Virus record (IMG/VR): IMGVR_UViG_3300025151_004056
DNA length: 64,000 bases
Strand: one strand, 5' to 3'
Source of the DNA: an uncultured virus (IMG/VR IMGVR_UViG_3300025151_004056)
Lineage: Duplodnaviria > Heunggongvirae > Uroviricota > Caudoviricetes
Below the pieces are notes generated by a model. It was not told where the DNA came from. It did no database searches and saw nothing but the letters and a program-made list of their open reading frames with translations. A program made the translations under genes and the position numbers. Positions 47,138 to 55,738 of this stretch are shown one piece after another; the stretch's first letter is position 1, and every line of letters begins with the position of its first letter.

Positions 47138-48511
47138 ATGCATATGAGACATTTGAAAATCGCACTAATTTTATTTAGTGTGGGTTTTGCCAGCCCAAAT
47201 ATTTTTGCACAGGCGACTGGCACCTGTACGGCAGGTACTGAAAATTGTACAGCATCAACTACAACGACTACCTCCACAAATACCAATAATAATACCAATA
47301 CTAACACTAATACTACAACTAGTACTTCGACCAGTACCAATACCAATACTAATAATAATACTAACAATAATACCAATACCAACACCAATACTAACACCAA
47401 CACTAATACCAATACTAACACCAATACTAACACCAACAACAATACCAACAATAACACCAATGTAAACACTAACACTAATACCAGCACATCTACGAATACC
47501 AATACCAATACCAATACTAACACCAATACCAATAACAATACCAACAATAATACTACCAATTATACTGGTACTAGCACCAACACGAACAATAACAATAACA
47601 CTAATAACACCACAAGTAACAATACCAATACCAATACGAACACCAATTATAATACTAACAATACCACAAGTAACAACACCAATACCAACAATAATACCAA
47701 TACCAACAATACAACGGTAAACAGTACTTCCAATAACACGAATACTAATAACAACAATTCTAACATTAACCAGAACGTGAATAGCAACAGCAATTCTACG
47801 TCAACCAACACGAACAATAACAATAACAATACGACCTCGAATAATACTAATACCAATAACAATAACAACACTTCGACTAGTACAAGTGATTCCAATGTTA
47901 CGACTAACAACAAGTCTGAAAACACGAACACCAATACTAACAATAACACCAACATAAACAAAACTGATCAGACTATTAAACAAGAGATCACTACAAAGGC
48001 TCCACCTGCTAGTGCAATTGCACCAAGCATAGGGTCAAGTTATTCGCAAGATTTATGTACAACTGGTGTGTCTGGTGCGTTTCAGGGGCAAGTATTCGGT
48101 ATCTCAGGTGGTAAATCTGTTAGAGACATGAATTGTGAACGTATTAAACTATCAAAGACAATCTATGATATGGGTATGAAAGTGGCCGCAGTATCATTAA
48201 TGTGTCAGGATCCTAGAGTGTTTAGAGCAATGGAAATGGCAGGTACACCTTGTCCATATATGGGTGCTATTGGTCCAGCCGCTTCTGAGCAATGGGAAGA
48301 GAATGAAGAAAGAAGACCTGACTCAAGTGCAAGTACTAAAGACAAGTTTTTGGGTTTATTTACAAACAATGATGAAATAGAAGAAGATAATATTTCTAAT
48401 GTGACTGCTGATCAAGCCGCTTTCATCGAAAAATGTACTAGACCTGACTTTAAAGGAAGACGTAAATCTAGTAGGACTTGTGAGAGAGAATGGTTCGAAT
48501 TAAACTCTTAA
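47138..48511 (+). CDS. Exported protein with long Thr/Asn repeat and Cys-containing C-terminal domain
   Basis: Signal peptide, CxxxxxxC, ~230 aa of T/N, then PPASAIAP..DLC..CERIKL..MCQDPRV..GTPCP. Confidence 0.8.
   Translation: MHMRHLKIALILFSVGFASPNIFAQATGTCTAGTENCTASTTTTTSTNTNNNTNTNTNTTTSTSTSTNTNTNNNTNNNTNTNTNTNTNTNTNTNTNTNTNNNTNNNTNVNTNTNTSTSTNTNTNTNTNTNTNNNTNNNTTNYTGTSTNTNNNNNTNNTTSNNTNTNTNTNYNTNNTTSNNTNTNNNTNTNNTTVNSTSNNTNTNNNNSNINQNVNSNSNSTSTNTNNNNNNTTSNNTNTNNNNNTSTSTSDSNVTTNNKSENTNTNTNNNTNINKTDQTIKQEITTKAPPASAIAPSIGSSYSQDLCTTGVSGAFQGQVFGISGGKSVRDMNCERIKLSKTIYDMGMKVAAVSLMCQDPRVFRAMEMAGTPCPYMGAIGPAASEQWEENEERRPDSSASTKDKFLGLFTNNDEIEEDNISNVTADQAAFIEKCTRPDFKGRRKSSRTCEREWFELNS
47258..47960 (+). 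repeat. Low-complexity (AAY-ACY)n coding repeat
   Basis: Degenerate hexanucleotide repeats, almost G-free on plus strand. Confidence 0.95.
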
Positions 48512-51339
48512 TATTATTACTATTAACATTACCTAACTTTGCAGTAGCCGGTAACGGCACTGCATGGACAACAGGGACAGGCCAATACCAATACTCCCTA
48601 GAAACGAATGCTGATGGTACAGATACGGTTTACGAAATTAGTAATACGTTTGGAGATTTATACAATCTTTATGACAGACAAGCCGCAGGAGAAACAGGCA
48701 TTAATGGTTGTTGGAATTCCAACAATAGTGCCAGCAGTGGATATTTTAGTGATGACGGCGGTTGTGCTACTAAAGTAGATTTTGGTTTTTCATGGGAGTG
48801 GCACAACGACTCATTTACTGGTGGTTACATGAGTACTAATGGTTGTTTTATGTTAACTAAAGCAAACGAGGGGCCTAGATATTGTTCAGACTATACACCA
48901 GATCAATTAAACACACAGAGCGGAGGACAATGGGGCTGGTACGATGTTCTTTTTCCTTTCTACACTGACCTAATTGGTACTAATAGTAACAGTGCATTAT
49001 TATACAAAACATTTGATGACTATGTTATATTAGGGTGGTACAATTTAAAAGAATATCATAGAACTTCTAATAATAGTTTTGAAGTTTACATATACGATTA
49101 TAATGATTCTTTAGAAAAATGCGGTACAGACCGTTGTACTGATGCTGAAAGAGCAGAAGTTAATATGCCTGACAATTATACATTTGCTTATGGTGATTTA
49201 GATATTGCAAACCATGATGTTTTAATTGGAGAGAAAAAAGATAATTCAAATTATACTCAATATGTATTTTATGATGATAATACAAATGGTAACTCTACAT
49301 GGGACCAGTTCGACGGCGGATACTTAGAAGATGGTGGTGCCATATATTACCATGAAGGCAACGATGGACAATCTTTACTTGACCCTTGTACCTCTGATCC
49401 GTTATCAAGTACTGAATGTTCTGGTTATGAACAAGCATACTTCGATCAACAATGTAATTTAGATGCCCAATACGATTCTCAATGTCCTGGGTACGTTGAA
49501 TATACTGAGCCAGAAGACGATCAATGTGATATTAATCCTTTAAGTGATCCTTCATGTCCCAACTATCAAACTGCATTAGCAGAATCATCTGGTTCAGAGT
49601 ATGATTCTTCGACAGGAGAGTACGGATATGACGATGACGATTACGGTTATGATGATGATGACGATTACGGTTACGAGGATGAATACAGTGAATACAATGA
49701 TGACGGCTCTGATCTAGGTTTTGTAAGCAATGATGGGTCAGATGACGGAGCAATGACTGGGAACGAAACTTTTGAAGATGATTATACTGGTACATCTGAT
49801 GATGGTTTATATATTGAAGAAGAAATGTCAGGGGAAATGTTTACATCGACAGGAGTCGAACTAGTTGCAGTATCAGGAGAAGATTTATCAATAGACTCTG
49901 GAGTTGAATTATTTGAGGTTAATAGTGCAGGTAGCATAGATGACATAATCGCCGGTTACGATGATGACGATGCAATTATGGAAATGAACATGCCTGTTGA
50001 AGAATTTCAACAGCAACAAGCAGAACAAGAAATCGTATTAATAGAAACATATGAAGTTGAAACATATGAAGTTGAAACAACAGTATACCAACAAGAAGAA
50101 AATACAGTTGATTATGAACTTTATGTAGCAGGTGCACCCGAAGAAGAAGTTTGGGTAGCAAATGAAGAAGTTTCCGAAGAACCTATATTCGTAGAGTCGG
50201 AAGAAGTGTTTAACGTTTTAGCAGACGAGGATGAGGCTTTAGCAGAATTAATCAGTGAAGATGAATTAGAAGAATTAATAGAAGAAGAATCTGTTGAAGA
50301 AATTATTGAAGAAGTAGAAGAAGAAGCCGAAGAACTTGAAGTTGCTGAAGAACAAGAAGAAATTAAAGAAGAAATTAAAGAAGAAATTGCTAAGGTTGAA
50401 AAAGAAGTAGCACAGGCTAAAAGCAGTTCTTCAACATCATCTAAGAAACCAGCATCTCAATCTGTTGCTATTGCACAGGTTCTTACTGAGGTCTCTGATG
50501 ATACACAAACCGCTAACGTTATTGAAAGTGTAATATCTGATGGCAGTTCTGGATCAGTTCAAGTGGATTCAGGCGCATCACAAAGTTTCGCAGGTCAAGA
50601 CGGTGGTAGTTTTAATAACACTGGTTCCTCAGGTAGTGAGTCAACCGGTGTAATTGCAGATGATTCTAGCCAACAACAATTTGAACAAGTTACTGGTCAA
50701 GTTGATACATCAATTGATGCGGCTAATACATCTGTAGATGTCGTACAAACTTCTGCGTTCCAAGTTGCTGAACAGCAACAAGAACAATTGCAAGAAGAAC
50801 CTTTATTTGTAGACTCATTTGATGATGGTTCAGGTGGTATTAGTCAGACTGATGCTGATTTTGGTGACAGTTTAACTGAAGCACTATCTACAGGTACAGG
50901 GTTGACTGAGTTTTTAAGTCAACAAACACCAAACTTTCAAAGGTTTGAGGTACAGAATTCTGTACAAGAACAACGTACTACTCAAGCAGTCGAAAGTCTA
51001 GCAGACAAAGTTGGGTCGCAAGTTGCTTCACAAAACTTACAAGAGCAATTACAAAATATTCAGGACGGAGGACCTACTGAAGATGGCGGATATGCAGACC
51101 AAACTGTTGCTGTTGCTTATATAGGTTACACAGCAGGCTTTAGTGCGTATACAGGTGCACAAGTGTATGCTGATAATACAAATCAATGGTACGACAATAA
51201 ACAAATGCCAGATGGTAAGATAGATGACAACAAAATGGGATTCTATCGTATGGCTGGCAATACACAAGAAAAGTTGTATAAGATGGTTCTTATGCAATAT
51301 GGAATAAACCCAGATGAAGAAACACAGGAGCAAAAATAA
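48490..51339 (+). CDS. Large exported acidic protein (NIDO-like N-domain, Cys repeats, D/E-rich stalk)
   Basis: Signal peptide; MSTNGC..PFYTDL..GWYNL..NSFEV; three Cxx(D/N)xxxxxxCxxY repeats. Confidence 0.75.
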   Translation: MVRIKLLILLLLTLPNFAVAGNGTAWTTGTGQYQYSLETNADGTDTVYEISNTFGDLYNLYDRQAAGETGINGCWNSNNSASSGYFSDDGGCATKVDFGFSWEWHNDSFTGGYMSTNGCFMLTKANEGPRYCSDYTPDQLNTQSGGQWGWYDVLFPFYTDLIGTNSNSALLYKTFDDYVILGWYNLKEYHRTSNNSFEVYIYDYNDSLEKCGTDRCTDAERAEVNMPDNYTFAYGDLDIANHDVLIGEKKDNSNYTQYVFYDDNTNGNSTWDQFDGGYLEDGGAIYYHEGNDGQSLLDPCTSDPLSSTECSGYEQAYFDQQCNLDAQYDSQCPGYVEYTEPEDDQCDINPLSDPSCPNYQTALAESSGSEYDSSTGEYGYDDDDYGYDDDDDYGYEDEYSEYNDDGSDLGFVSNDGSDDGAMTGNETFEDDYTGTSDDGLYIEEEMSGEMFTSTGVELVAVSGEDLSIDSGVELFEVNSAGSIDDIIAGYDDDDAIMEMNMPVEEFQQQQAEQEIVLIETYEVETYEVETTVYQQEENTVDYELYVAGAPEEEVWVANEEVSEEPIFVESEEVFNVLADEDEALAELISEDELEELIEEESVEEIIEEVEEEAEELEVAEEQEEIKEEIKEEIAKVEKEVAQAKSSSSTSSKKPASQSVAIAQVLTEVSDDTQTANVIESVISDGSSGSVQVDSGASQSFAGQDGGSFNNTGSSGSESTGVIADDSSQQQFEQVTGQVDTSIDAANTSVDVVQTSAFQVAEQQQEQLQEEPLFVDSFDDGSGGISQTDADFGDSLTEALSTGTGLTEFLSQQTPNFQRFEVQNSVQEQRTTQAVESLADKVGSQVASQNLQEQLQNIQDGGPTEDGGYADQTVAVAYIGYTAGFSAYTGAQVYADNTNQWYDNKQMPDGKIDDNKMGFYRMAGNTQEKLYKMVLMQYGINPDEETQEQK

Positions 51340-51746
51340 TGAGTGACAAAGAAAACATCGAAATCGAGGGCGGCGATGGGGTCGTTCAAAATTTAGACTT
51401 AGACAAATATACTGATCTACTTCTAAAACTAGACGAGGCTAATGACAAAATCAGAGAGATGGAAGCATTAACTCAGGACTTAAGAAAAGTTTCCCATGAA
51501 GTAAAACCAAAAGAAAAGTTCAAATTTAGTGATCTATTTATGGACGATAATAAAATCAATGAGAAATCAATCATTGGATTTATATCGTTTATTATGATGG
51601 TTATATTTGGAATTGTAGACTTAGCAACAGGATTTAACGGACAAGATTTAGTCATCTCAGACTTTATCTATACGTCTTTTGTTATTGTAACACTAGGCTC
51701 ATTTGGTATATCTGAAGCAGGGAAAGCATTTAGCAGTAAACAATAG
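51339..51746 (+). CDS. Two-TM membrane protein with N-terminal coiled coil
   Basis: INEKSIIGFISFIMMVIFGIVD and YTSFVIVTLGSFGI helices. Confidence 0.7.
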   Translation: MSDKENIEIEGGDGVVQNLDLDKYTDLLLKLDEANDKIREMEALTQDLRKVSHEVKPKEKFKFSDLFMDDNKINEKSIIGFISFIMMVIFGIVDLATGFNGQDLVISDFIYTSFVIVTLGSFGISEAGKAFSSKQ

Positions 51747-51755
51747 GAGCATATT

Positions 51756-52187
51756 ATGGCAAGTGTAGAATATGAAGGCATAAAGATGAGTGGTAGCAAA
51801 CTGCTATTCATTTTACCCTTACTAGGAACATTAATTGGTGGTTTGTGGGGAGGCTTTGAACTCTACAATAGACTGCTTGAAGCAGAAGAAAAACTAGAAG
51901 CATTACAACCAGAGACAATCGAACAAGAAATTATTAGATTAACTGAACTTACAGAAGTTATTAAAGAAAATCTGCAAGGTGAAATTACAGAAGCCTCTCG
52001 TTTAGCACGTAGAGTTGATAGTGAATCTGCTAAAACTCAACGTGAAGTACGTGATGATGTCTATGAGATGGAACGTGAGATGCAAGAACGTTTCAAAGAG
52101 CAAGACAAAGAAATGCGTGAAATGAGAAGGGAGTTAGAAGAAAGAATTCAAACGATCTTAGAAAATCCTTTGAATGATGTAGAATAA
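51756..52187 (+). CDS. Membrane-anchored coiled-coil protein
   Basis: LLFILPLLGTLIGGLWGGF TM then charged heptads. Confidence 0.7.
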   Translation: MASVEYEGIKMSGSKLLFILPLLGTLIGGLWGGFELYNRLLEAEEKLEALQPETIEQEIIRLTELTEVIKENLQGEITEASRLARRVDSESAKTQREVRDDVYEMEREMQERFKEQDKEMREMRRELEERIQTILENPLNDVE

Positions 52188-52877
52188 TTAATTAAGTTTT
52201 TTATTCTCTACTGGCCAACTATAAATGTAAGAGCCTGCAAAGTCTTTTACTAAGCAGAAGATTTGATCTTTATACTCATAAACACGAATATCTGCTTCAT
52301 ACCCGGGGAGGATTCTATCGAATCTCATTTCATAGTCTCCTCTTCGTTGCCCATATGTATCAACCATACCAGCAACAGCATTTAGTTCTCGTTGCTCGTT
52401 TGGTCCTTGATTTCCTAAATTAGCAAGAACATTAATTTCATCAATCGGAGTTGCTGTTAAAGATGCAAAAACTTTTTGACCCATCATACGAATAGCATCA
52501 TCTAAGTAACCGGGTAGATTCTCTACAGAATGAAACCTTGCTGTCACATCACCATGTGTTCTTAAGTCTTGTCTAATTTCTTGTGGTAGTGTATTTGGTT
52601 CTTCGATTGTTACACCTACACCTTCTTCCTCTTCTTCATCATCAACAGGAACAAGATCAGTCATTTCATCATCTGTGTATTGATAGATTAAGTCTTTGTT
52701 TTGAGCAAGTTGAGCCATGCGATCATCCATGCCCTGTATCTCACTTGTATCTACATTTGCGATGGCATCTACAGTATCATCTTTTGATACGACATCTCTG
52801 GATTTGATATCCATTGGAGGAATATTTCTTTTTTTCTCTAGGTCGTTTTCTTCTGTAAAGAAATCTTTGAATCTCAC
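52188..52877 (-). CDS. Hypothetical, possible internal head protein
   Basis: 229 aa, MRFKDFFTEE N-terminus. Confidence 0.65.
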   Translation of the reverse strand: MRFKDFFTEENDLEKKRNIPPMDIKSRDVVSKDDTVDAIANVDTSEIQGMDDRMAQLAQNKDLIYQYTDDEMTDLVPVDDEEEEEGVGVTIEEPNTLPQEIRQDLRTHGDVTARFHSVENLPGYLDDAIRMMGQKVFASLTATPIDEINVLANLGNQGPNEQRELNAVAGMVDTYGQRRGDYEMRFDRILPGYEADIRVYEYKDQIFCLVKDFAGSYIYSWPVENKKLN

Positions 52878-52886
52878 AACAAATCC

Positions 52887-53090
52887 TTATTTAGAATGAG
52901 GGGGTAGTTTTGCTTCTACAAACCACTCATGTTTTCTTTTAACCGGATTGTACTTTTTAAGTTTTAACTTAGTATTGTTTACGGTTAAATTTTTTGTTTT
53001 GATAGCAGTGTAATGATATGTATGATGATCTCTAGTTTCACCTTCGGGTATCAGATAAATCTTTGACTGTTTCTTTTTCTTGTCCGCCAT
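52887..53090 (-). CDS. rpmG: Ribosomal protein bL33 homolog (Cys-free type)
   Basis: KIYL..YHYTAIK..KLKLKKYNPVKRKHEWFVEAK matches the bL33 pattern (KLELKKFDP..RQHV.YKEAK). Confidence 0.8.
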   Translation of the reverse strand: MADKKKKQSKIYLIPEGETRDHHTYHYTAIKTKNLTVNNTKLKLKKYNPVKRKHEWFVEAKLPPHSK

Positions 53091-53187
53091 TGAATTTACC
53101 CTCTACTGCTTGTTGACTTACTACAAAGGTAAAACCACCACAGATCATCGGTAGCATCATTAGAATTAATACAAAAATTAGTTCCAC
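53038..53187 (-). CDS. Possible small TM peptide (49 aa, GTG start)
   Basis: MELIFVLILMMLPMICGGFTFVV...; alternative 33-aa frame at 53096..53197. Confidence 0.3.
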   Translation of the reverse strand: MELIFVLILMMLPMICGGFTFVVSQQAVEGKFNGGQEKETVKDLSDTRR

Positions 53188-53203
53188 TTTCTATCATTAT
53201 CTC

Positions 53204-53254
53204 TTAGCAACAAGTGCAGTTACAACATGAACAACAATTACATTTAGTATTCAT
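53204..53254 (-). CDS. Cys-rich micropeptide MNTKCNCCSCCNCTCC
   Basis: AAGGAG SD 6 nt before ATG; 8 Cys in 16 aa; TAA stop. Confidence 0.65.
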   Translation of the reverse strand: MNTKCNCCSCCNCTCC

Positions 53255-53264
53255 AGCAATCTCC

Positions 53265-55721
53265 TTAACTCTGATACTTCTCATATCCACTTAAACGTAA
53301 GATATCTTCTAACATATTGTCAGGTGCATGATCACGTGATTTGTCGTTTGCAACTTCTTCTGCGTGATCTCTATCTGCTTTAACATCTTTAACATCTACA
53401 TTCAGGTAATCTGCTAAATCTTCATCAGACATTTGACTAACAGACATTTCATCATGTGCATGTTTGCTTTCAGCGCCAACTAAGTCACCTACTTTTGCAG
53501 GTCTTCCTTTAGTCTTACCTGTGTTTTTCCATTGTCCGGCTTGACCTGTTTTATAGTCTCCGGCAAAATCAAATCCACCTGCTTTAGTTTCATCTATTTC
53601 TTCTTCTTTGATAGGATGACCTGGGTTGTAACCGCTAGTTGGTATCTCTCCGTGTTCATCTTTATAATCACTATACATTTGAGTAATTGTAGGACCTTCT
53701 GCAGGATAATTCATTGCGACCATGATATCATAGTAATCATCAAATCCAAGTGGGCCACCATATATATTAAATGGCTCTCCATTCAATATTGAATATTCTA
53801 CTTCTTTACCTGTTGTTGGGCTTTTAATTCTTTCGATTGGATAGTTTCCTTCTTCTAAATTATCAGGCTCGTTCTGTGTTTTGTAGATTGCTCTTTTAAC
53901 TCCTGGATGCTCAGACAATCCTGCTTTGATACCTTCGATTGCTTTAATTGCCCCAGTTTGATTACCGCCTTTATATCTAGGATCATTTAAAATGCCATAT
54001 GCCATTTTAATTTCTTTATCTGAAAAATCTTTTTCATCGATAACTGACTCTTCACCTAACAGTCCTGCTAAAGCAGTACCGATAGTTACTTTGTCTGCTG
54101 GTCTTGTATATGGTTCAGATTTCTTGTTTAATATTCTATCTGCTTCAATTCTTGAGGCATCTTTTGCATTTTTTGCTGAACTGGCTTTATTAAAATCATA
54201 TTGATTTTTGAACTTTTCGTACTCTCTAATTTCTGAGCCTAACTGTTTACGTTTTACTGGGTCACTTTCTTTTGGAATTTGCAGTTTACGATCTCTAATT
54301 CTTTGCTTGATTACTTCTTCATATGATTTAGCATTTCCAGAGGCTTGTTGTATTTGCTTTATGTCTGCATGAATTAAACTTCTCCAGTCATCATTTTCTG
54401 TTAAATCTAATTCTTGTTGCTTAGGACTTTCTATTTTATCTTTTAAGTCTTCTTCACTAAATGCGGCTAGAATGTCATCATATCTATGAGCCATAGTAGG
54501 ATGCTTCTCAGCAAATTCTTTCTCACTCATTTCTAATGCATCTACAACTAACTTATTATGTTTGCCTTCTTCTAAGTGTTCATCATCTGGATCGAACGGA
54601 TGAGGTCTAATTCTTTTGCCTGTCTTTGGATCATGGTTCTTGCCAGATTCTTCATCTCTTAACTCATCATCTTCAATACTACTGTTTTCTTTTTCTTCGT
54701 CTAATTCTTCCATTTCAGTAATAGACTTTGCCCATTGATCTAACTCATTAACTTCTTCGATTTCGTTAATGATATTACTATTAAGTTTGTTTAAGATAGG
54801 TAAAACACTTTCAATTCTTGGGTCGATTGATTCTTGTGAAAACATTTCTGCAATGCTTGTATGATCAGCATCGTCTTCCATAAGAGCAGGAGTCCATGAC
54901 TCAAAATAGTGGTTGTATCCTCTATGGCTTTGCATCTTTTGCAGTGTTTCTTTTATTGATCTATGATGTTTGACACCTTCTGCTATGAGTTGGGCGACAG
55001 ATTCATTAAATTCTCCTCTGCGTGTAGCACGAATAAATCCAGCCATCTTAGTATATTCTTCTACTAACTGAGTAATGTGCTTGCCTCTTTCATCATATGG
55101 AGTTCCACCTTCTGCTACGTGTCTACCATATACACGTGCAATGCCTGGCATTCTAGTTGGGACTGCAAAACGTTCGCCTTCAGTATTTTCAACAAAAATC
55201 TTGTGTACGTTTCTCCAACGTTGCTCTCCTTCACCGATTTGTCTGTCATGTTGAATTACAACTTTTACGTTAGGTATGTTATCGTTATATGATGTCATCT
55301 TATTAACAGCATGATAACCTTCTGTCATCTTTTCTTTCATTTTATAATAATCCCTCTGACGCATATCGTCACCTAAACGATCACTGTCATGTAAGCCAAA
55401 GTTTAGTTGTTTAGATAATGCCCATTGCTTTAAATGTTTTAGTAATCCAGACCAAGAATCATCATAATCCATGCCTTTTGTTTGTCCTGGAGGACTGCCT
55501 GCTTGATTATCATCATAGTATAGGTTTAATGATGATGTTTTATCAATAGTTGCCCATGCTTTACCGTAGTTTTCACCGTCTTTAATAAATTGAAACTCAA
55601 AAACATCTGCTGTTTCTGGATTAGTTCTTTCGTTTTTTGAGTCTTTAGGCGATGGTTTGTATCCACGAGTTTTTAAGATATCGTAGAGTCGTTTATTGAA
55701 GGATTCCTGATCAATTGCCAT
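53265..55721 (-). CDS. Large late protein downstream of terminase, probable head-associated protein
   Basis: 818 aa; modular acidic C-half with repeated (L/I)xE sites; ends EDILRLSGY. Confidence 0.65.
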   Translation of the reverse strand: MAIDQESFNKRLYDILKTRGYKPSPKDSKNERTNPETADVFEFQFIKDGENYGKAWATIDKTSSLNLYYDDNQAGSPPGQTKGMDYDDSWSGLLKHLKQWALSKQLNFGLHDSDRLGDDMRQRDYYKMKEKMTEGYHAVNKMTSYNDNIPNVKVVIQHDRQIGEGEQRWRNVHKIFVENTEGERFAVPTRMPGIARVYGRHVAEGGTPYDERGKHITQLVEEYTKMAGFIRATRRGEFNESVAQLIAEGVKHHRSIKETLQKMQSHRGYNHYFESWTPALMEDDADHTSIAEMFSQESIDPRIESVLPILNKLNSNIINEIEEVNELDQWAKSITEMEELDEEKENSSIEDDELRDEESGKNHDPKTGKRIRPHPFDPDDEHLEEGKHNKLVVDALEMSEKEFAEKHPTMAHRYDDILAAFSEEDLKDKIESPKQQELDLTENDDWRSLIHADIKQIQQASGNAKSYEEVIKQRIRDRKLQIPKESDPVKRKQLGSEIREYEKFKNQYDFNKASSAKNAKDASRIEADRILNKKSEPYTRPADKVTIGTALAGLLGEESVIDEKDFSDKEIKMAYGILNDPRYKGGNQTGAIKAIEGIKAGLSEHPGVKRAIYKTQNEPDNLEEGNYPIERIKSPTTGKEVEYSILNGEPFNIYGGPLGFDDYYDIMVAMNYPAEGPTITQMYSDYKDEHGEIPTSGYNPGHPIKEEEIDETKAGGFDFAGDYKTGQAGQWKNTGKTKGRPAKVGDLVGAESKHAHDEMSVSQMSDEDLADYLNVDVKDVKADRDHAEEVANDKSRDHAPDNMLEDILRLSGYEKYQS

Positions 55722-55738
55722 ACTATTATTTATCTCTT

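Noticed and set aside
46985..47143. Possible ~52-aa minus-strand ORF upstream of ssb
   Set aside because: Overlaps the start and promoter of the plus-strand operon, no SD; unsupported
47258..47960. AAY-rich tract as a DGR template repeat or CRISPR array
   Set aside because: No reverse transcriptase, no matching variable repeat and no repeat-spacer structure in the window; the tract is in-frame coding sequence
47110..47983. Val/Leu-rich minus-strand ORFs (47110..47559, 47647..47961, 47801..47983) and alternate-frame 47178..47465
   Set aside because: Antisense or frame shadows of the T/N repeat; no independent signals
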